64,000 nucleotides of DNA from Neocallimastix sp. 'constans'. Lineage: Eukaryota. Positions 57,361 through 64,000 of this stretch are shown piece after piece (the first letter of the stretch is position 1; each line of letters starts with the position of its first letter). The notes below the pieces were generated by a model. It was not told where the DNA came from and ran no database searches. It saw nothing but the letters and a program-made list of their open reading frames with translations. The position numbers were made by a program, and so were the translations under genes. Location: positions 1,488,001 to 1,552,000 of the forward strand of contig JBODTK010000011.1 of assembly GCA_050613775.1 (NCBI GenBank). Direction: 5' to 3'.

Positions 57361-59190
57361 ATGGTACGTTTATTGATAGTAAACAAAAATGTAATCGATT
57401 TAAAGCCTTAACCAAGGAAAAATATTTTGTAGATAATACTAAAATAATACATGAATTTAATAAATTATAGGAAAGTAAAAGAAATTGTATATGCATTACA
57501 AAACCAAGAAGATTTGGAAAAACATCAATAGCAGAACTAGTAGAAGCCTACTACAGTAAAAGTAATAAAGAAGAATTTAAAGAAATATTTTGATAAATTA
57601 AAAATTTCAGGATAATAAAAATACTGATATCTCAACCCTTTCGGAAGTTGAAAAAGCAAAACTTAAAAAAAGAAAAAAAAAAGAGTATAAAAAAAAACAA
57701 GGCAGGTATCATACAATTTACATTTAACTTGATTTTTCAATACTTATTTATGAATATGATACTATGGAAAAATTATTAGATGGAATACAAAATAAAATCA
57801 TCAAAGAATTAAATTTAATGTTTGAAATTATGGATAATGTAAAATTGGTTAGTGAAGATTTTGACACTAGTAAAATTAAAATTAAATATAATTTTTAAGT
57901 TACTTGTACACTGAAAGAGAAGAAAAGTTTGTATTTGTAATTGATGAATGGGACTCTATATTTGATACAGAAAAATTTACAATTAATGAAAAAAAAATGA
58001 TTATTTGACTTTTTTAAAAATTTTATTAAAAGATCAAGATTATGTTGCTTTTACATATATGACAGGGATATTACCTATAGCAAAAAAACAGTTCTATAAC
58101 AGCTTTAAATAACTTTCAAGAATATTCAGTGATTAAAGATCATATATTTTATAAATATTTTGGCCTTAACGGAAAAAGAAGTCCGTAAACTTTGTAAAAG
58201 ATATGGAAATTTAAAATATGAAGATATGGAAAATTATTATAACGGATATAAAAGTAGTAAAGGAACAAAAATATTTAATACATACCCAGTAATGAATGCA
58301 TTAAATAATAAATCAATTAGCAATTATTAGACAGAAACTGGACCTATGTATGAAGTGAAAGATAATATTAACTTTAATTACAATGGAATAAAAATGGACT
58401 TTATGAAACTAGTAACAGGTAATAAAGTAAAAATTAATTAAGATGGATATGGTATAGAAAATAATCTAAAAAAAGGATATTATAGTAAATTCAAAATATA
58501 CAAATTTAAATCAAAGTAATAAAAAAAGATGATGATATTAATAGTGATGACAATGATGATGGCAATGATGATGGCAATGATGATGGCAATGATGATGACA
58601 ATGCTAAAGACGATGATGTCAAAAAGAATGAAATGTACTCAAGAATGGTCGCTCTTGGATATCTTACATACTATAATGGAAAATTTTCTATTCCTAATAA
58701 AAGAATTATTAAGAAAATTTATGAAAATAGTAAAAGCAGAAAAAAAAATTTAGCAAAATTGAAAAAAAAATTAATGAATAGATCTGAAGAAATAGTTTAT
58801 GTCCCTTTAAATAAAGAAACCAAAAAAATTTGTAAAATATTTGAAGAACTACATCTTAGTGATAGTGACATAAAAAATCGTTATAATCATGTAACTTTGA
58901 GTTTTTTTTTATCAATGTTAGCTTATCAATATGCAGAAAACAATTATGATATTGGAAAAGAGCAAAATTCAGGAAAAGGTGTTGTTGATTATATATTTTA
59001 TCCCAAAGATAAAAGAAAAACCGCTTTTATTATAAAACTTAAAGTTGGAGGATCAGCAAAGGAAGTCATTAATCAAATATATGAGCAAATGTATATACTG
59101 CTAAATTAAAAGAAAAAGAATGTAAGGGTAAAATATTACTTGTAGGAATAAACGTAGAAAAGGCTAAAGTAAAGTATTCATTTATCATTA
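57361..59190 (+). pseudogene. AAA-ATPase-like + PD-(D/E)XK nuclease (PF09820/PF08011-type, bacterial-like) pseudogene
   Basis: KYFVD, CITKPRRFGKTS (Walker A), VIDEWD (Walker B), YMTGILPI, YYNGY, TETG, LGYLTY..IPN, EQNSGKGVVDYIFYPK, IIKLK. Many frameshifts and stops, no introns. Confidence 0.9.
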
Positions 59191-59835
59191 AGGAATATGA
59201 TGAGAAATAAGGCTAAAGAAAAACAACATAAAGATACAGATAAAATAGATAACCATAATAATAGTAATGATGATCATTATGATATAGGCAATAATAAAAG
59301 AAAGAGAAAACTCAATCAACAGAATCAACCTAAAAATAAAAATATAAGAAATTAAAAAAAAAAAAATAATAATAATAATAATTAAATATTTTAAAGTTTG
59401 ATTTTGTATAAACAACTAAAATTTATTTCTTGTACCATTGTAATTAATAATTGAAAATAAATTTATTTATTAATTTAAATTTTATTTTATTTTATTTTAT
59501 TTTAATTTTATTTAATTGAAAAGTTGCATTTCGTAAAATGCGGCTTTTTTAAAAAAATTTTAATAAATAAATTAATAAATAAATAATTTTAATAAATAAT
59601 GTCAAATTTTGAGTTAGAGAATTTTTTTTTTTTTTTTCTTTAATTTTTATTATTCTTTGTATATTAATTTTTTTTTTAAAAAAAAAAAAAAAAATAAAAT
59701 AAAATAAAAAAAATAATAAATATAAAAAAAAAATTTCTTTGAATATTTTTAAAAATACTACTCTTTAAAAAAAAAATTTTTTTTTTCTTTTATATTAATA
59801 AAAAATTAAAATTAAAGGTTTTATAAAAATCTTTA

Positions 59836-60001
<166 letters not shown>

Positions 60002-60206
60002 TTTTTTTTTTTTTTTTTTTTTAAAAAAAAATAATTGTAAATAAATAAAAATTTAAAACAAAGTATCTATATAAAATTATAAAATAAAAAAGTTGTAAAA
60101 TCTTAAAGATTATAAAATACTTTAAATTTTAATATAAAACTCGATCTATGGAGACTATTATAAGATTGATTAGTAATATCAATGATATCTAAATATCGTT
60201 ATAATA

Positions 60207-60241
<35 letters not shown>

Positions 60242-60483
60242 GAAATAAACATAAAGAGTTTAATTTTTTTTTTTTTCATATTTTAAAACTTAATAAAAAC
60301 AAAATAAACAAAAAAAAAAAAAATAAAATAAAATGATTTTATTTTATTTTATTTATTTTATTTTTTATTTTATTTTTTTTTTTTGTTTTCTATATTTTAA
60401 AACGAATAAAATCAAATAAAAAAAATTTTTTTTTTTTATTTTATTTATTTTATTTATTTTATTTATTTATTTATTTATTTATT

Positions 60484-60532
<49 letters not shown>

Positions 60533-61106
60533 TTGCTATTATTATTACTATTTTTTTTTTTTTTAAACATACAGATGGAAATATAATAAAATTATATCTA
60601 CAAATAATAATAATAATAATAACTTTAATAATAAAACAATATATATCTAAAAAAAATCTATAACAAAAAATAAAAAAATTAAATATATATATATATATAT
60701 ATAAAGTAAATAATATATTCATCAATATGAAAAATCTATATAACAAAGAATAAAAATATTAATATTAAAAAAAAAAAAAAAGCAATATATATTATATAAA
60801 TAAAGATTATAATAAATTAATCGAAATTGAAATTTTTACGAAAGATATAGAAAATCGATTGGGTTACTTTATATTAAAATAAAATAAAATAAAAAAATAA
60901 AAAAAAAGGAAAGGAAAAAAATCCTTCTGTCGTTTTTATGAAATATATATATATATATATAAAATATATATTATAAAATATTTATATAATTTACTATGAA
61001 TAAAATTATGAAATTATGATTATAATTATTTAATTAGATTAAAATTATATAAAATAAAATTAATTAATTATTTATTATTATTATAATCATAATATATTTA
61101 TATATA

Positions 61107-61139
<33 letters not shown>

Positions 61140-61304
61140 TTGATGTTATTGTTGTTGCAATTTCTGATTTTTTTTTGTAGTAGTAGTTGTTGTAATTGTC
61201 ACAGTTATTTACTTAAATGTTTATCTTTATTGATATGATTATCAATTTTATTTGTCGTAGTCGTCGTTCTTTATATATATATATATATATTATTTTTATT
61301 TTAT

Positions 61305-63998
61305 TTATTTACCACAAAGATTTTTAATTTTCATATAAACAGAATTAAAACTATCACTAGAAGGTTGACTAGAATTAAAACCAAATTGTCGAATATTATT
61401 AGCATTATTGGAATTTCCTTTCAAATATTGAGTGGCAAGGTCTAGAATGGATTTTCCTTCATTATTAGTACTGTAAAGATTGGCCCCAATATCAATGAGA
61501 TAATTAATAATATTAATTTGCTTAAAGAGAATAGCCATGGCTAAGAGAGTATTTCCTTTAGTGTTCTTAAGATCAGGATCAAGACCACTGCTAACGAGTA
61601 GCTTCAATTGTTCTAAATTATTACTGGCAATGGTTTGATGAAGTTGATCACCTGTGATATCTTCAATATGTCTTTTAGATAAACATTTTATTATGTTAAG
61701 CTGACCTTTACGAAGAGCAATTTCCCAAGCAGAGGGACCAAAAACATGTTTAACAATTGCATTACAATCAATTAAATAGTCGATAATGGTAAGATCTCCA
61801 ATTTCAATGGCATACATAAGTAGCGATTGATTCTTGGAATGAAGGAAGTAGTTGACATTAGCACCATTTTGAACTAATAATTTGACAAGAGGAAGGGATT
61901 TGATCTGAATGGCATAATATAATGGGGTGAAGTTTCCACTACCACTATTCTCTTGATTAACATCAGATCCCTTTTCAATTAAAATGGGAAGGATATCCAA
62001 TTTATCCTGTTCATTGTATACCGTACTCTTAATAAGAGTAATGAGTATAGTTTCACCCTTAATATTCTTAGCATTTACAGAAATTTTGTAATTCTTTTGA
62101 AGAAGATAGAGAAGCATATCTTTATTTTTTTTCATAAGAAGAATATCGACAAGAGAACGACTGACCTTATTTCTACCATTCATATCAGCACCTAAACGAA
62201 TAAGATATTTCATATTTGAAAAATCATCATTATATACAGTATAGAAAAGAACTGAGTTACCGTTGGTATCCTTCTTATTGATATCTAGATATTTTGCAAG
62301 GAATTTAAAGAGTTCAAGATGGCCCTGACGATAGGCAATAATAAGGGGTGGATTACCATTAATATCTAGAATGTTTAAATCAATATGTTTTTGAAGACCA
62401 TATCTCACCATGGCTTTTACAATATTCGAACGATTTTTTAAGATAGCCTTATTTAAAGGATAGCAATTATTTGCATCCCTTCTATTAATATTTATATTAT
62501 GATTTAATAGGCATCGTACGATATCACATTGATCTTTATCTATAGCAATAGATAATAGATTATTTCCGTTTCCATCACTAATATTACTATAAGAGGAAGT
62601 TCTATGATCTAATAAATAGCTGAAAATTTTGGATTCACCAAATTGAATAGCGGTAATTAATGGATATACCTTATTAATATCATTCATATTAATATTACTT
62701 GGTTGAAATTTTTCATCTTCAACTAAATATTTCACTAAATCAAAATTACCAAATTTTATGGCTATGTTTAATATTAAATTAATGTAATGAATATCATATT
62801 TTAAAATAACAACTTTTCCTTTATCTTCAACCTTTTCTTCATCTTTAACCTTTTCTTCATTTTCGACCTTTTCTTCATTTTCAACCTTTTCTTCATCTTC
62901 AACCTTTTCTTCATCTTTAACCTTTTCTTCATTTTCAACCTTTTCTTCATCTTCAACCTTTTCTTCATCTTCAACCTTTTCTTCATCTTCAACCTTTTCT
63001 TCATTTTCAACCTTTTCTTCATTTTCAACCTTTTCTTCATCTTCAACCTTTTCTTCATCTTCAACCTTTTCTTCATCTTCAACCTTTTCTTCATCTTCAA
63101 CCTTTTCTTCATCTTCAACCTTTTCTTCATCTTCAACCTTTTCTTCATCTTCAACCTTTTCTTCATCTTCAACCTTTTCTTCATTTTCAATCTTTTCTTC
63201 ATCTTTAACTTTTTCTTCATTTTCAATCTTTTCTTCATCTTTAACTTTTTCTTCATTTTCAATCTTTTCTTCATCTTTAACTTTTTCTTCATCTTCAATT
63301 TTTTCTTCATCTTTAATTTTTTCTTCATTTTCAACATTTTCTTCATCTTCAACCTTTTCTTCATCTTCAACCTTTTCTTTATCTTCAACCTTTTCTTCAT
63401 CTTCAACCTTTTCTTCATCTTCAACCTTTTCTTCATCTTCACTCATTTTCTCATCTTCATCCATTTCTTCAATTTCTTCATCTTTAACCTTGTTATTAGT
63501 ATATCGAGTATATGAAGTATTACCGAACAATCCAGCTTTAATAGTGGATGATGTTGTTGTAGAAGGTTTACCAAAACTAAAACCACCACTAGCTGGTACA
63601 GTATTTGAAGTAGCATTACCGAAAATGCTTGTATTATTAGTAGATGTTGTTGTTGTTGTAGAAGGTTTACCAAAACTAAAACCACCACTAGCTGGTACAG
63701 TATTTGAAGTAGCATTACCGAAAATGCTTGTATTATTAGTAGATGTTGTTGTTGTTGTAGAAGGTTTACCAAAACTAAAACCACCACTAGCTGGTACAGT
63801 ATTTGAAGTAGCATTACCGAAAATGCTTGTATTATTAGTAGATGTTGTTGTTGTTGTAGAAGGTTTACCAAAACTAAAACCACCACTAGCTGGTACAGTA
63901 TTTGAAGTAGCATTAACGAAAGCGCTTGTATTATTAGTAGATGTTGTTGTTGTTGTTGTAGAAGGTTTACCAAAACTAAAACCACCACTAGCTGGTAC
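61305..63998 (-). CDS. Ankyrin-repeat protein with N-terminal FG-repeat and acidic-repeat regions; 5' end lies beyond the window
   Basis: The 741-aa ORF frame stays open upstream through 33-aa repeats VPASGGFSFGKPSTTTTTSTNNTSIFGNATSNT. These are followed by (EEKVED)n and about a dozen ankyrin-like repeats (GNPPLIIA, FTPLYYAI, GNTLLAMA). Confidence 0.88.
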   Translation of the reverse strand, partial: VPASGGFSFGKPSTTTTTTSTNNTSAFVNATSNTVPASGGFSFGKPSTTTTTSTNNTSIFGNATSNTVPASGGFSFGKPSTTTTTSTNNTSIFGNATSNTVPASGGFSFGKPSTTTTTSTNNTSIFGNATSNTVPASGGFSFGKPSTTTSSTIKAGLFGNTSYTRYTNNKVKDEEIEEMDEDEKMSEDEEKVEDEEKVEDEEKVEDKEKVEDEEKVEDEENVENEEKIKDEEKIEDEEKVKDEEKIENEEKVKDEEKIENEEKVKDEEKIENEEKVEDEEKVEDEEKVEDEEKVEDEEKVEDEEKVEDEEKVEDEEKVEDEEKVENEEKVENEEKVEDEEKVEDEEKVEDEEKVENEEKVKDEEKVEDEEKVENEEKVENEEKVKDEEKVEDKGKVVILKYDIHYINLILNIAIKFGNFDLVKYLVEDEKFQPSNINMNDINKVYPLITAIQFGESKIFSYLLDHRTSSYSNISDGNGNNLLSIAIDKDQCDIVRCLLNHNININRRDANNCYPLNKAILKNRSNIVKAMVRYGLQKHIDLNILDINGNPPLIIAYRQGHLELFKFLAKYLDINKKDTNGNSVLFYTVYNDDFSNMKYLIRLGADMNGRNKVSRSLVDILLMKKNKDMLLYLLQKNYKISVNAKNIKGETILITLIKSTVYNEQDKLDILPILIEKGSDVNQENSGSGNFTPLYYAIQIKSLPLVKLLVQNGANVNYFLHSKNQSLLMYAIEIGDLTIIDYLIDCNAIVKHVFGPSAWEIALRKGQLNIIKCLSKRHIEDITGDQLHQTIASNNLEQLKLLVSSGLDPDLKNTKGNTLLAMAILFKQINIINYLIDIGANLYSTNNEGKSILDLATQYLKGNSNNANNIRQFGFNSSQPSSDSFNSVYMKIKNLCGK
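62815..63440 (-). repeat. Coding 18-bp tandem repeat (EEKVED/EEKVEN/EEKVKD), >30 units
   Basis: Unit ttcaaccttttcttcatc. Confidence 0.95.
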
Positions 63999-64000
63999 AG
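63550..64000 (-). repeat. Coding 99-bp tandem repeat (FG repeat), about 4.5 copies in the window
   Basis: accaccactagctggtacag recurs at ~63581, ~63681, ~63780, ~63879 and ~63981. Confidence 0.95.

Noticed and set aside
62801..63988. ORFs 62801-63442 and 63443-63988
   Set aside because: Alternative-frame shadows of the coding repeats in the FG/ankyrin gene.

Overview
Extremely AT-rich eukaryotic DNA with spliceosomal introns, long homopolymers and (AAT)n tracts. The composition and gene content suggest an anaerobic gut fungus (Neocallimastigomycota); this is an inference. From left to right: (1) the 5' half of an apparently intact Ty3/Gypsy LTR retrotransposon (minus) with a tRNA-Ala primer-binding site and a -1 frameshift signal (TTTAAC slippery site plus H-type pseudoknot), lying just upstream of a tRNA-Gly(TCC) gene; (2) a decayed family B DNA polymerase and an intact, intronless 1128-aa helicase resembling NCLDV D6/D11 (VETFS/NPH-I), together a candidate large-DNA-virus-derived island; (3) a six-member box C/D snoRNA cluster (snR78-77-76-75-74-73 orthologs, in yeast order) invisible to the ORF track, with each snoRNA in its own intron, separated by exons as small as 2 and 7 nt and possibly 0 nt; (4) PIH1D1/Pih1 (5 exons) and a PQ-loop transporter (4 exons); (5) a decayed Copia element with two LTRs and an inverted internal segment, and an internally deleted LINE; (6) an intronless UDP-glucose 4-epimerase; (7) a ~15-kb gene-poor AT desert; (8) a bacterial-type AAA-ATPase/PD-(D/E)XK pseudogene; (9) the 3' part of a gene fusing nucleoporin-like FG repeats, an acidic repeat and ankyrin repeats. 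All calls come from manual reading; no searches were run.
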